Shown here piece after piece: positions 1-10,113 of a stretch of DNA of 64,000 nt. The stretch is from contig DASUBV010000339.1 of assembly GCA_035763085.1 (NCBI GenBank), positions 2,224 through 66,223 on the forward strand, written 5' to 3'. The position numbers and the translations under genes are program-made. The notes beneath the pieces are model-generated. The model did not search any database. It was not told the DNA's origin and saw only the letters and a list, made by a program, of their open reading frames with translations. The stretch comes from Streptosporangiaceae bacterium. GTDB taxonomy: Bacteria > Actinomycetota > Actinomycetes > Streptosporangiales > Streptosporangiaceae. The first letter of the stretch is position 1. Each line of letters starts with the position of its first letter.

Positions 1-1104
1 GAGCGAACCCGCGCGCTGAGCCTGTTCAGCGCCGTGGCCATGGGCGGCAGCTCGCTGGGCCTGGTCCTGGGCGGGATGATCACCGAGTGGTTCACCTGGC
101 GCTGGGTGCTGTTCATCAACGTGCCCATCGGCATCGCCGTGCTGCTCATCACGCCCCGCTTTGTCGCCGAGACCCCGCGCCAGCCCGGCCGCCTGGACCT
201 GGCCGGCGCGCTGACCTCCACGGCTGGCATGTCCGCCCTGGTCTACGCCTTCATCAAGGCATCCGAGAGCGGCTGGGGCGACCGGCTGACGGTCGGCTCG
301 TTCGCGGCCGCCGCGCTGCTGCTGGCCGCGTTCGTCGCCGTCGAGACCCGGTCCGCGCAGCCGGTTACCCCGCTGCGGCTGTTCGCCGACCGCAGCCGCT
401 CGGCCTCATTCGTGGTCCGGCTGCTGGTCGTGGCCGGCATGTTCGGGATGTTCTTCTTCCTGACGCAGTTCGTCCAGGAAGTCCTGGGCCTGAGCCCGCT
501 GCTGGCCGGGGTCGCGTTCCTGCCGCTGACCGCGGCGCTGTTCGCGGTCTCGCGGCTGGCGCCGGTGCTGGTGCCCCGGTTCGGGGCCAAGCGCCTGATG
601 GTGGCCGGCCTCATCCCGGCGGTCGCCGGGATGGCGTGGCTGGGCCAGCTGTCGGCGAGCTCGTCGTACCTGTCCGGCGTGCTGGGGCCGATGCTGCTGC
701 TCGGCGGCGGGATGGGCATCGCCTTCGTGCCGCTGACGCTGGCCTCGCTGGCTGGCGTGGCTCCGGAGGACTCCGGCGCCGCCGCGAGCATGGTCAACGT
801 CACCCAGCAGGTCGGCGGCGCGCTCGGGCTGGCCATCCTGGTGACGGTGTTCGGCAGCGCGAGCCGGGCCGCGGCGCGGCACCCGCTGGCGCACGCCGGC
901 CCGGTGGCGCAGGCACATCACGTGCTGATCCACGGGATGGCCACCTCGTTCACCGTCGCAGCCATCTTCGACCTGTGCGCGCTGCTGGTCATCCTGCTCG
1001 CCATCAAGGGGCAGCGGCCGGGCCGCCCGGCCGGCCAGGCAGCGCCGGCGCCGCTGGCCGACGCCGAGCTCGAGGCCGAGCTGGAGGGCGCGGCCGAGCT
1101 GTAA
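1..1104 (+). CDS. MFS transporter, DHA2/EmrB-QacA-like drug efflux family (5' end outside window)
   Basis: Frame 1 is open from base 1 ([20 protein letters not shown]...). Multiple hydrophobic TM segments and the typical DHA2 central/C-terminal layout. High GC3. Confidence 0.85.
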   Translation, partial: ERTRALSLFSAVAMGGSSLGLVLGGMITEWFTWRWVLFINVPIGIAVLLITPRFVAETPRQPGRLDLAGALTSTAGMSALVYAFIKASESGWGDRLTVGSFAAAALLLAAFVAVETRSAQPVTPLRLFADRSRSASFVVRLLVVAGMFGMFFFLTQFVQEVLGLSPLLAGVAFLPLTAALFAVSRLAPVLVPRFGAKRLMVAGLIPAVAGMAWLGQLSASSSYLSGVLGPMLLLGGGMGIAFVPLTLASLAGVAPEDSGAAASMVNVTQQVGGALGLAILVTVFGSASRAAARHPLAHAGPVAQAHHVLIHGMATSFTVAAIFDLCALLVILLAIKGQRPGRPAGQAAPAPLADAELEAELEGAAEL

Positions 1105-1310
1105 CCCGGACCGGGGGCCTGCGGCCCGGACCGGCTGGCCAGAGCGGGCTGGCCGGCCCGGGCCGCCGTCATGCCGGGCCGCGCGCCGTGCCGCCGCGCC
1201 TGTGCCGCCGCGCGCCCGGGCCGCCCTGGCCGGGCCGCCCGCCTGCCGGCCTGGGCCGGCCGGCGGACCCCTACGATGAGAGAAACCCTGTGTCACGAGG
1301 ATGTGCCCGG

Positions 1311-2966
1311 ATGCCTGAGTTCAGTTTCACCGAGCTGCTGCCGACCGGCCCGGACAGCACGCCGTACCGCCGGATCACCGACGCCGGGATCACGGTGCAC
1401 CAGGCGCTGGGACGCGATTTCCTCCAGGTCGAGCCCGCGGTCCTCACCCAGCTGACGGCCGAGGCCATGCACGACATCGCGCACCTGCTGCGCCCGGCGC
1501 ACCTGCGCCAGCTGCGCTCGATCCTGGATGACCCCGAGGCCAGCGGCAACGACAAGTTCGTCGCCGGCGACCTGCTGCGCAACGCGTGCATCGCGGCCGG
1601 CGGGGTGCTGCCGATGTGCCAGGACACCGGGACCGCGATCGTGATGGGCAAGCGCGGCCAGCAGGTGCTGACCGACGGAGACGACGAGGAGCACATCGCC
1701 CGCGGCATCTACGACGCCTACACCAGGCTCAACCTGCGCTACTCCCAGCTGGCCCCGCTGACCATGTGGGAGGAGCGCAACACCGGCAGCAACCTCCCGG
1801 CCCAGATCGAGCTGTATGCCGCCGGCGGCGGCGAGTACAAGTTCCTGTTCATGGCCAAGGGCGGCGGCTCGGCCAACAAGTCCTACCTGTACCAGGAGAC
1901 CAAGGCCGTGCTGAACCCGGCACGCATGCTGGCCTTCCTGGAGGAGAAGCTGCGCTCGCTGGGCACCTCCGCCTGCCCGCCCTACCACCTGGCCATCGTG
2001 GTCGGCGGCACCAGCGCCGAGTTCGCGCTGAAGACGGCCAAGTACGCCTCGGCCAAGTACCTCGACACGCTGCCGGCGGCCGGTTCCCCCGCCGGCCACG
2101 GCTTCCGGGACACCGAGCTGGAGCAGCAGGTGCTGGAGCTGACCCGCAAGGTCGGCATCGGCGCGCAGTTCGGCGGCAAGTACTTCTGCCATGACGTGCG
2201 GGTGATCCGGCTGCCCCGGCACGGCGCGTCCTGCCCGGTGGCCATCGCGGTGTCCTGCTCGGCCGACCGGCAGGCACTGGGCAAGATCACCCGTGACGGC
2301 GTCTTCCTGGAGCAGCTGGAGGCCAACCCGGCGCAGTACCTGCCCGACACCACCGACGACGAGCTGGCCGGTGACGTGGTCCGGATCGATCTGTCCCGGC
2401 CGATGAGCGAGATCCGCGCTGAGCTTTCCCGTTATCCGATCAAGACCCGGCTGGCGCTGACCGGCCCGCTGGTCGTCGCGCGGGACATCGCGCACGCCAA
2501 GATCGCCGAGCGGCTCGCGGCCGGCGAGCCGATGCCCGCCTACCTGCGCGATCACGCCGTCTACTACGCCGGGCCGGCTAAGACGCCCGAGGGGTACGCG
2601 TCGGGGTCGTTCGGGCCGACCACCGCCGGCCGGATGGACTCCTACGTGGACCAGTTCCAGGCAGCGGGCGGCTCGCTGGTGATGCTGGCGAAGGGCAACC
2701 GGTCGGCCGCGGTGACCGCCGCGTGCCAGCAGCACGGCGGCTTCTACCTGGGCTCGATCGGCGGGGCCGCCGCCCGGCTGGCGCAGGACTGCATTACCAA
2801 GGTGGAGGTGCTGGAGTACCCGGAGCTCGGCATGGAGGCGGTGTGGCGGATCGAGGTGCGTGACTTCCCCGCGTTCATCGTGGTGGACGACAAGGGCAAC
2901 GACTTCTTCGCCGACGTCACCACCCCGGGCCCGCCGCTGCTGACGATCGGGCCCCGGCCCAGCTAA
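1311..2966 (+). CDS. Class I (Fe-S dependent) fumarate hydratase
   Basis: The [13 protein letters not shown]... start lies inside the 959-aa ORF. Contains the [10 protein letters not shown] motif and a C-terminal beta-type domain ([23 protein letters not shown]) typical of FumA/FumB/tartrate dehydratase-type enzymes. The upstream in-frame part is Arg/Pro/Gly junk. Confidence 0.9.
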   Translation: MPEFSFTELLPTGPDSTPYRRITDAGITVHQALGRDFLQVEPAVLTQLTAEAMHDIAHLLRPAHLRQLRSILDDPEASGNDKFVAGDLLRNACIAAGGVLPMCQDTGTAIVMGKRGQQVLTDGDDEEHIARGIYDAYTRLNLRYSQLAPLTMWEERNTGSNLPAQIELYAAGGGEYKFLFMAKGGGSANKSYLYQETKAVLNPARMLAFLEEKLRSLGTSACPPYHLAIVVGGTSAEFALKTAKYASAKYLDTLPAAGSPAGHGFRDTELEQQVLELTRKVGIGAQFGGKYFCHDVRVIRLPRHGASCPVAIAVSCSADRQALGKITRDGVFLEQLEANPAQYLPDTTDDELAGDVVRIDLSRPMSEIRAELSRYPIKTRLALTGPLVVARDIAHAKIAERLAAGEPMPAYLRDHAVYYAGPAKTPEGYASGSFGPTTAGRMDSYVDQFQAAGGSLVMLAKGNRSAAVTAACQQHGGFYLGSIGGAAARLAQDCITKVEVLEYPELGMEAVWRIEVRDFPAFIVVDDKGNDFFADVTTPGPPLLTIGPRPS

Positions 2967-2985
2967 GAGCCAGGCGAGGAGCGCG

Positions 2986-4434
2986 ATGCGCAGGAACGCA
3001 CGACCGGATGGTGACCAGCCGGGGGCCGGGACCGGGTTCCGCACCGAGCACGACTCGATGGGCGAGGTTCAGGTGCCCGCCGAGGCCCTGTGGGGCGCCC
3101 AGACCCAGCGGGCGGTGCAGAACTTCCCGGTCTCCGGCGAGCCGCTGCCCCGCGAGCTGATCATGGCGCTCGGCGCGATCAAGGCCGCCGCCGCGCAGGT
3201 GAACGCCGACCTGGGCGTGCTCGACCCTGACCTGGCCGCCGCGATCAGCGAGGCGGCGGCGCAGGTCGCGGCGGGCGAGCACCTGGACCAGTTCCCGCTG
3301 GATGTATTCCAGACCGGGTCGGGCACCTCGTCCAACATGAACGCCAACGAGGTCATCGCCACGCTGGCGGCCCGCCGCCTGGGCCGGCCGGTGCACCCCA
3401 ATGACCACGTCAACGCCTCGCAGTCGTCCAACGACGTGTTCCCGTCGGCCATCCACCTGGCCGCCTGCTCGCTGCTGGCCCGCTCCCTGCAGCCCGCGCT
3501 GGCCGCCCTGGCCGCCGCGCTGGAGGCCAAGGCACGGGAGTTCGCCGACGTCGTGAAGGCGGGCCGCACCCACCTGATGGACGCGACGCCCGTCACGCTC
3601 GGCCAGGAATTCGGCGGCTACGCGGCCGCCGTCCGCCATGGGCTGGCCCGGGTCGCCGCGATCCTGCCCGAGGCCGGCGAGCTGCCGCTGGGCGGCACCG
3701 CGGTGGGAACCGGGCTGAATGCGCCGGCCGGGTTCGCCGCGGCGGTCATCGGGCGGCTGGCGGCCAGCCAGGGCCTGCCGCTGACCGAGGCGCCTGACCA
3801 TTTCGAGGCGGCCGGGGCCCGCGACGGGCTGGTCGCCACCAGCGGCGTGCTGCGCACGGTCGCCATCTCGCTGCTGAAGATCTGCAACGACCTGCGGCTG
3901 ATGAACTCGGGCCCGCGGGCCGGGCTGGCCGAGATCGCGGTGCCCGACCTGCAGCCGGGCTCGTCCATCATGCCGGGCAAGGTCAACCCGGTCATCTGCG
4001 AGGCGGTCAGCCAGGTCTGCGTCCAGGTGGTCGGGAACGACGCGGCGATCGCGCTCGGCGGCTCGGCGGGAAACTTCGAGCTGAACGTGATGCTGCCGGT
4101 CATCGGCCGCAACCTGCTCGGCTCGCTGACTCTGCTCAGCGCCGCCGCCCGGCTGCTGGCCGACAAGTGCGTGGCCGGCATCACCGCCAGCCCGGCCCGG
4201 CTGCGGCAGGCTGCCGAGTCGTCTCCGGCTATCGTCACCGCGCTCAACCCGTTCATCGGGTACGAGGCGGCCGCGGCGATCGCCAAGGAGGCGCTGGCTA
4301 CCGGGCGGACGATCCGCGACGTCACCATCGCCCGCGGCCACCTGGACCGCGGCGAGATCACCGCCGAGCAGCTGGACCGGGCGCTCGACGTGCTGGCGAT
4401 GGCCTGGCCGCACCGCCGGCCGGCCGGCTCGTGA
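2986..4434 (+). CDS. fumC: Class II fumarate hydratase (aspartase/fumarase superfamily)
   Basis: [16 protein letters not shown] signature loop, an N-terminal [10 protein letters not shown] motif and a [14 protein letters not shown] block. Confidence 0.9.
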   Translation: MRRNARPDGDQPGAGTGFRTEHDSMGEVQVPAEALWGAQTQRAVQNFPVSGEPLPRELIMALGAIKAAAAQVNADLGVLDPDLAAAISEAAAQVAAGEHLDQFPLDVFQTGSGTSSNMNANEVIATLAARRLGRPVHPNDHVNASQSSNDVFPSAIHLAACSLLARSLQPALAALAAALEAKAREFADVVKAGRTHLMDATPVTLGQEFGGYAAAVRHGLARVAAILPEAGELPLGGTAVGTGLNAPAGFAAAVIGRLAASQGLPLTEAPDHFEAAGARDGLVATSGVLRTVAISLLKICNDLRLMNSGPRAGLAEIAVPDLQPGSSIMPGKVNPVICEAVSQVCVQVVGNDAAIALGGSAGNFELNVMLPVIGRNLLGSLTLLSAAARLLADKCVAGITASPARLRQAAESSPAIVTALNPFIGYEAAAAIAKEALATGRTIRDVTIARGHLDRGEITAEQLDRALDVLAMAWPHRRPAGS

Positions 4435-4520
4435 CCGCGCAGGCCGCGTGACCGGGACGTAGCCGAATTCCCATATTTCTCCCGGGGAACTGACCGGTCA
4501 GCGCCGGTAGGGTCCCGGCC

Positions 4521-6272
4521 ATGCACGCTGTCATGGGGACGGGCCGGCTGATCGCGGGGCGGTACCGGCTGCAGGGCCCGCTCGGCCGCGGCGCGATGGG
4601 CATCGTCTGGCGGGGCCGCGATGAGCTGCTGCACCGCGACGTCGCGGTCAAGCAGGTGCAGATCCCGGCGCTGACCCCGGCCGCCGAGGCGGAGGCGATC
4701 TACCAGCGCACGCTGCGCGAGGCCCGGACCGCAGCGCGCCTCAGCCACCCTGGCGTGGTGACCATCTTCGACGTGGTCGAGGAGGACAGCAGCCCGTGGA
4801 TCGTCATGGAGCTGATCGCGGGGCGGTCGCTGGACCAGGTCATCGCCGAGGACGGCCCGCTGCCGCCGCCGCACGCAGCGACCCTGGGGGCCAGCCTGCT
4901 GGGCGCGCTGGCCACGGCCCACGCCGCGGGCGTCCTGCACCGGGACGTCAAGCCCGGCAATGTCCTGGTCACCGCCGAGGGCCGGGCCGTGCTGACCGAC
5001 TTCGGCATCGCGACGTTCGCCGGGGACCCGGCGCTGACCCAGGTCGGGATGGTGGTGGGCACGCCGGGCTTCACCGCGCCGGAGCGGATCCGCGGGGACA
5101 GCGCCACGCCGGCCTCGGACCTGTGGTCCCTGGGCGCGACCCTGTATGCGGCAGTAGAGGGCCGGGGGCCGTTTGACCGGCCCGGCGGCGCGACGGCCAT
5201 CATCACCGCAGTGGCCGCCGAGGACGCGCCGCGGGCACCTTCGGCCGGGCCGCTTTCGCCGGTCATTGACGCGCTGCTGCGCAGCGACCCGGGTACCCGG
5301 CCCGACGCCGCGACGGCCGAGACGATGCTAATCCAGGCCAGCGCCGGGACACAGCGGCCTGGTGCGGCCGGGCACCCGGCGGGCACGACCGGGCTCGGGG
5401 ACCCGGCGGCCGGGGCGGACCCGCCCGGCTACGCCGGCCTGGCGATGCCCGGGCCCGCCGGCCGGGACTCCGCACCCGCTGGCGCCCGGCAGCCCTGGTC
5501 GCGGCACTGGCGGGTGGCCACGGTGACGACCGGGATCGCCGCCATCGTGGTCGCGGCCGTGCTCGGCTCGGAGATCTACTCCCGCAGCCTGTCGGGCGGC
5601 ACGGACGCCAGCCAGGCCGGCCCGGCGGCTGGCGTGCACGGCGCTGCTGCCGCCGGGGGCGCGGCCGGCCCGTCGGCGGGCGCCGCACCGGGTTCGGCGG
5701 GCCCGGCCGGCGCGAGCACCCGGCCAGGCAGTGCAGCCGGGGGGTCAGGCGCGGCCAGCAGCCCCGCCGCGGCCGGGCCGGGTACCGCGCCGCCCGCCGG
5801 GTACCGGTGGCGGACTGTGACCGCCGCCCGGGCGGGTGTCACGGCGGGCTTCGTCATGGCCGTGCCGGACGGCTGGCATCAGCGGATCCGCGGCCACGCG
5901 GCCTTCTTCAGGGCGCCCGGCTCGGCTGCCCGCATCGAGGTCAGCATGAGCCCGTTCGCCTACCACCAGCCAGGGCGTCAGGCGCACGCCGAGCAGGCGC
6001 ATGCCATCGCGGCGCACCAGTACCCCGGCTATGTCCGCGGCGGCATCCGGGCGGCCACGTTCCAGGGCGCGCCCGCGGCGACCTGGCGGTACAGCTGGAA
6101 GCCGGCCGGCGGCGCCCGCACGGCGGTGCTGAGCCTGCTGGTCACCCTGCCGACCCGGGCCGGGCCGCAGTCCTACGCGCTGACCGTCTCCTCGCCGGCG
6201 GGCCCGCTGGCCGCGGCCAGGGCGGCCTACGGTCAGGCGCTGGCCACCTTCCGTTCCCGTCCGCCGTCCTAG
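4521..6272 (+). CDS. Transmembrane Ser/Thr protein kinase (Hanks type) with Ala/Pro/Gly-rich linker, one TM segment and an uncharacterised extracytoplasmic C-terminal domain
   Basis: GRGAMGIVW glycine loop, VAVK, HRDVKPGNVLV catalytic loop, DFG, and a TM segment VATVTTGIAAIVVAAVLG. Confidence 0.9.
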   Translation: MHAVMGTGRLIAGRYRLQGPLGRGAMGIVWRGRDELLHRDVAVKQVQIPALTPAAEAEAIYQRTLREARTAARLSHPGVVTIFDVVEEDSSPWIVMELIAGRSLDQVIAEDGPLPPPHAATLGASLLGALATAHAAGVLHRDVKPGNVLVTAEGRAVLTDFGIATFAGDPALTQVGMVVGTPGFTAPERIRGDSATPASDLWSLGATLYAAVEGRGPFDRPGGATAIITAVAAEDAPRAPSAGPLSPVIDALLRSDPGTRPDAATAETMLIQASAGTQRPGAAGHPAGTTGLGDPAAGADPPGYAGLAMPGPAGRDSAPAGARQPWSRHWRVATVTTGIAAIVVAAVLGSEIYSRSLSGGTDASQAGPAAGVHGAAAAGGAAGPSAGAAPGSAGPAGASTRPGSAAGGSGAASSPAAAGPGTAPPAGYRWRTVTAARAGVTAGFVMAVPDGWHQRIRGHAAFFRAPGSAARIEVSMSPFAYHQPGRQAHAEQAHAIAAHQYPGYVRGGIRAATFQGAPAATWRYSWKPAGGARTAVLSLLVTLPTRAGPQSYALTVSSPAGPLAAARAAYGQALATFRSRPPS

Positions 6273-6293
6273 CCCACGCCGCCGCGCAGACAG

Positions 6294-6332
6294 CTCAGGG
6301 CGGCGGCCCGTACTGCAGGCCGCCGCCCTGAG
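6294..6332. terminator. Bidirectional hairpin between convergent kinase and NlpC/P60 genes
   Basis: Perfect 15-bp stem, ctcagggcggcggcc (6294-6308) pairing with ggccgccgccctgag (6318-6332), with a 9-nt loop. Confidence 0.6.
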
Positions 6333-6348
6333 CTCTCGCTGCCGCCGC

Positions 6349-6888
6349 CTAGCGGCGCACCCGGAAGTACCTGGTCGGGTGCCACCACCGGCTCATCCGG
6401 TGGAACCCGATCCGGGTGCCACTGTGAGCCGCGCCGTAGGTCCACTGCCCGTGGTCGAACAACTCCACGTGCCCGGACCCGAAGAACGCCAGGTCGCCCC
6501 GGCGCGCCCGCGCCTTGCTGATGCGGACGAGGTGCCAGCTGCCCAGCATCCCGTACGTGGTCCGCGGCAGGTGCACTCCGCGCGACCGGTAGGCGGCGAA
6601 CACCAGCCCGGAGCAGTCGAACCCGCGCGGGCCGGTGCCGCCGTAGATGTAGGGCTTGAGGTGCTGGCGCATGGCCCACCGCCAGGCCATCCGCCGCAGC
6701 CGCCGCGCCCTGGCCGCCCTGGTCAGGTCCGCCGTGCTGGCGCTGCTGGCAGCGCTGGCACCGGCCGCAGCGTGACTGACCGCCACGGTGGCCGCCTGGG
6801 CGGGCGCGGGAGCGGTCAGCGCGACCGACGTGGCGCCGGAAGCCAGGACGGCGGCCGACAGGACGCCGCAGGCAAGCCGGGCGGCCAT
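6349..6888 (-). CDS. Secreted NlpC/P60 (C40) cell-wall peptidase
   Basis: Signal peptide MAARLACGVLSAAVLASGATSVALTAPAPAQA. Catalytic block YGGTGPRGFDCSGLV ... GHVELF. The ATG at 6888 overlaps the upstream gene's stop (ATGA). Confidence 0.85.
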   Translation of the reverse strand: MAARLACGVLSAAVLASGATSVALTAPAPAQAATVAVSHAAAGASAASSASTADLTRAARARRLRRMAWRWAMRQHLKPYIYGGTGPRGFDCSGLVFAAYRSRGVHLPRTTYGMLGSWHLVRISKARARRGDLAFFGSGHVELFDHGQWTYGAAHSGTRIGFHRMSRWWHPTRYFRVRR

Positions 6889-7649
6889 CAGTACCACCCC
6901 GAGGATTCCTCGTGCGACCACGCGCCGCACGGTGACCTGTACAGGTCCTTGATGTACCCCAGGCCCCACTTGATCTGGGTCTCCGCGTTGGTCTGCCAGT
7001 CGGGTCCCGCGCTGGCCATCTTCGAGCCCGGCAGTGCCTGCGGGATGCCGTAGGCGCCGCTGGCGTTCGCCGCGGTCGGGTTCCAGCCGCTCTCCCGGGT
7101 CCAGAGCTCGTCCAGGCAGGAGAACTGGCTGGACGACCAGCCGTAGGAGCCGAGCAGCGACATGGCGATGTGCTGCGGGGAACCAGACGGGGCGGGCGCC
7201 GGCGGCGCCGAGGCCTGACTGCTGGCCGCGGCACGCGCGGCCGCGGCCTGCCGGGCCGCTGCCCTGGCCGCCGCACGGGCGGCCCGCCGGCGCTCGGCCC
7301 TGGCCCGGGCCGCCCGCTGGGCGGCTCGCAGCTGCGCCGCTGCCCGTGCCCGGGCGTGCGCGGTCTCGACGTCAGTCAGGGTGCGGGACAGCTGGCGGGA
7401 CTCGCCTGCCGCAGTGTCGGCCTTGGCCGCGAGGTCTGGCCGGATCACGTCGGCCTGCTGGGCGGCGACGGGGTCCGAGCCCAGCGTCACCGCGCCGGTG
7501 ACGGCGGCTGCCGCCAGGACGGTGGAGCAAGCGGCCGTCAGGGTGAACTTGGATGGTCGGCTGTGCAATCGGAAACTGGGCAAGGTTGATTTGCCGTGCT
7601 GAGACAAGATGAGCCTTCGGTCACGCGCGATCGCGCGCTCGGCGTCCAC
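6888..7649 (-). CDS. Secreted muralytic protein with C-terminal lytic-transglycosylase/Apf-like domain, Ala/Arg-rich central region
   Basis: C-terminal block CLDELWTRESGWNPTAANASGAYGIPQALPGSKMASAGPDWQTN..QIKWGLGYI, ending in GWY. N-terminal hydrophobic signal-like segment. The start (GTG 7649 or later) is uncertain. Confidence 0.7.
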   Translation of the reverse strand: MDAERAIARDRRLILSQHGKSTLPSFRLHSRPSKFTLTAACSTVLAAAAVTGAVTLGSDPVAAQQADVIRPDLAAKADTAAGESRQLSRTLTDVETAHARARAAAQLRAAQRAARARAERRRAARAAARAAARQAAAARAAASSQASAPPAPAPSGSPQHIAMSLLGSYGWSSSQFSCLDELWTRESGWNPTAANASGAYGIPQALPGSKMASAGPDWQTNAETQIKWGLGYIKDLYRSPCGAWSHEESSGWY

Positions 7650-7840
7650 CCCGGGCGCTCCGGCCCGTCAGCCGGGCCTGGCAGCGGCGTGCGGACGGGA
7701 CGCGGGTCAAGGCGACGAGTTCTACTCGGGGTGACCGTCGCGCACGCTGGGGTGCTGTCGGCCATCCACCTTGCCGCCTGAACGCACTAGTTCGACCAGA
7801 AACTAGCCCGATTTCCGTATGACCTATCTCACAAGCGTGG
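7650..7840 (-). promoter_or_regulatory. Long structured 5' leader of the muralytic operon (candidate riboswitch-like element)
   Basis: On the minus strand, CACGCU (7834-7839) can pair with AGCGUG (7742-7747), enclosing a 6-bp hairpin (7787-7806) and a CCGACAGC..ACC..CAGCGUG tract that resembles the 3' part of the ydaO/c-di-AMP motif. No full consensus match could be verified by eye. Confidence 0.3.
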
Positions 7841-8212
7841 TAGGATTACACGTACTTATGCACTGATTCCCGACATCCGCCATAGCCATTCCGCAGGTCC
7901 GGCGCGCGCCGTTCGGGATGCCCGGTCGCCAGACCCATGCCGGTGAACCGCGTCACATTGTTACGAGATCCGCTCGTGATATCACTGAGCGTGCTCAGGA
8001 AATGATCTCCCGGAATGCCGCCCGGCCGGCTGTCCCGGCGGCGCCGATATCAGTTCGTGATTGCGCGACTACTAGTCGCCATAAGAACGCGGCAGCGTTT
8101 CCCCGGCGCGGCCCGGCGGCCGCCAGGCCCGCAGCGCGCCGCTGGAGCACCTGCCGCAGAAGCTCCGGCCCGGCGGCCGGCAGCGGGCCCGCAGGCGCCC
8201 GCGCGCCCGGCG

Positions 8213-8836
8213 TCAGTACCAGCCGTGCGCCTGCCAGAACGCCCAGGCGTCACACGGAGTGCCGTAGCGGCCCTGGATGTAGCCCAGGCCCCACTTGATC
8301 TGGGTGGCCGGGTTGGTCTGCCAGTCGGATCCGGCGGTGGCCATCTTGGACCCCGGCAGCGCCTGCGGGATGCCGTACGCGCCGCTGGCGTTCTCGGCGT
8401 TGTAGCGCCAGCCGCTCTCCCGGGTCCAGATGTTGTCCAGGCAGCTGTACTGAGTGGATGGGCTGAAGCCGAACGAGGGCAGCATCTTGTAGGCGATCGA
8501 CTGAGCCGTGCCCGGGTCCGGCGGCGGCGCGGGCGGGGGGTTCTGCTCATCCGCGACCGGCCCGGCCGCGGGCGAGCTCGGCGTGGTGACCGGCTGCACC
8601 GACAGCTTCGGCGAGCTCTCGACGTTCAGGGTGGCCGATGCCGCGTCCAGCTGGATCATCTGCTGGCGCGCGTTCTCCAGCACCTTCGTGGCCCTGCTCA
8701 CCTGCGCGCCGGCCAGGGCCGCCGCCACCGGGTTGCTGGCCTGCCCGTTCCGCAGCGCCACGTACGCCCCGCCGGTGACGGCCAGAATGGCCGCCATGGA
8801 CGTGATCATGAACACGCCCACCCGCCGGTTCTGCAC
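8213..8836 (-). CDS. Paralog of the secreted transglycosylase/Apf-like muralytic protein
   Basis: C-terminal block CLDNIWTRESGWRYNAENASGAYGIPQALPGSKMATAGSDWQTN..QIKWGLGYI...GWY is nearly identical in pattern to 6888..7649. TM/signal segment MITSMAAILAVTGGAYVAL. Start is GTG 8836 or ATG 8809. Confidence 0.7.
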   Translation of the reverse strand: MQNRRVGVFMITSMAAILAVTGGAYVALRNGQASNPVAAALAGAQVSRATKVLENARQQMIQLDAASATLNVESSPKLSVQPVTTPSSPAAGPVADEQNPPPAPPPDPGTAQSIAYKMLPSFGFSPSTQYSCLDNIWTRESGWRYNAENASGAYGIPQALPGSKMATAGSDWQTNPATQIKWGLGYIQGRYGTPCDAWAFWQAHGWY

Positions 8837-9257
8837 GGGCTGAGCCGGCGACCGTCTCCGGTGCTGGGACAATGCGGTCCTTCCGTCGGCCAGGCGCGCC
8901 GGGCAAGCCGCCCGGGCGCGCAGACCGCTGCGGCATAGGGCAGCGAGTCGTGACGGCCCGGCTGGGCAGCTTCGCCGCGGCCGCCGCCGCCATTCCGGCT
9001 CGGCTGGCGGGGGGCTGCTGGGCCCAGCACCGTCGCGGCCTAACGTTGCCAGAACCGCGAGACCCAGCAATGCGTTTCGGCCGAAATACTGCAGTGCCGG
9101 GGCCGCAATTAACTCTCCGTTGATCATGTCCTGGCAATACGTGCCGCTAGAATTACGGGAAGTAATGAAGGCGGGCATCGGGGAGCCGGGATGCGCCTTC
9201 CGGGTACCCGGCCACCGGATAGCTTTCAGCTATGACTGCGAGTGACGGGATGACACG

Positions 9258-10010
9258 ATGAGCGACCAGCCGTCCGCGGCCCGGCCGCGCCGCCCGCCCG
9301 GCGCGCACCGGTCCTGGGATCTGGGCACCGGCGACCCGGCTGCCGTGCTGGCCGGGGCCCGCCGGGCGTTCTTCGTCATGGCCGGGGTCCTGGCCGCGCT
9401 GTGGATCATCCAGATCGCCAACTGGGCCGACGGCTACCGGCTCACCTTCTCGCTCGGCATCCAGGGGCGCGACGTGGCCAGCCTGCCCGACATCCTGACG
9501 GCGCCGCTGCTGCACTTCAGCTGGGCGCACATCGAGGGCAACTCCGGGCCGCTGTTCATCTTCGGGTTCCTGGCCGCCTACCGCGGCGTGGCCAAGTTCG
9601 CCGGCGTCACCGCCCTCGTGGTCATCATCAGCGGGCTGGCGGCCTGGCTCGCCGAGAGCCCGCACACCGTCGGAGCCGGGGCCAGCGGCGTGGTCTTCGG
9701 CTACTTCGGCTACATCATGGTCCGCGGCTTCTTCGACCGGCACGTCGTCGACATGCTCGTCGGCGCGGTGATGGCGCTGTGCTTCGCCTACCAGTTCACG
9801 GTGCTCCTGCCGCATGCCGGCATCGGCTGGCAGGCGCACATCGGCGGGCTCGCCGGCGGCATCCTCGCCGGCTGGGTGTTCCGGGACCGCCGCCCGGCCA
9901 GCGCCGGGCCCCGGCCCGGCGGCGCCGGCCAGACCCGGCCCGGCTCCGCCCCGACCTACGCCGGGCCGCGCGCCGAGCTCCACAAGCAGCTCGACGACCT
10001 CGGCCTGTAA
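9258..10010 (+). CDS. Rhomboid family intramembrane serine protease
   Basis: Polytopic protein with HFSWAHIEGN, GAGASGVVFG (GxSG) and HIGGLAGGILAG (catalytic His) motifs. Confidence 0.85.
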   Translation: MSDQPSAARPRRPPGAHRSWDLGTGDPAAVLAGARRAFFVMAGVLAALWIIQIANWADGYRLTFSLGIQGRDVASLPDILTAPLLHFSWAHIEGNSGPLFIFGFLAAYRGVAKFAGVTALVVIISGLAAWLAESPHTVGAGASGVVFGYFGYIMVRGFFDRHVVDMLVGAVMALCFAYQFTVLLPHAGIGWQAHIGGLAGGILAGWVFRDRRPASAGPRPGGAGQTRPGSAPTYAGPRAELHKQLDDLGL

Positions 10011-10113
10011 CGTCAGCCGCCGCCCGGGGGCCGGCCCGTGGTTTGATTCGCCGCGGCCGCGGACGGACAATACCCGGGCAAGACGGGATGATCGCCGCGA
10101 CGGACGGGTCAGC

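Noticed and set aside
87-1310. N-terminal 408 codons of the 959-aa plus-strand ORF that runs through the MFS gene into the fumarase gene
   Set aside because: It overlaps the well-supported MFS CDS in another frame. Its composition is Arg/Pro/Gly/Ala junk typical of off-frame high-GC DNA. The fumarase has a clean ATG at 1311 matching the family N-terminus.
1293-4940. Long minus-strand ORFs antisense to the fumarase genes (1293..3044, 2917..4413, 3618..4940)
   Set aside because: These are shadow ORFs opposite strongly supported genes, with low-complexity Arg/Gly/Pro/Asp-rich translations and no recognisable motifs.
7918-8938. Plus-strand ORFs 7918..8298 and 8015..8938 in and beside the gap between the two muralytic genes
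   Set aside because: The translations are Arg/Pro/Ala junk. The second ORF is antisense to the well-supported paralog 8213..8836. The region is better explained as terminator plus leader sequence.
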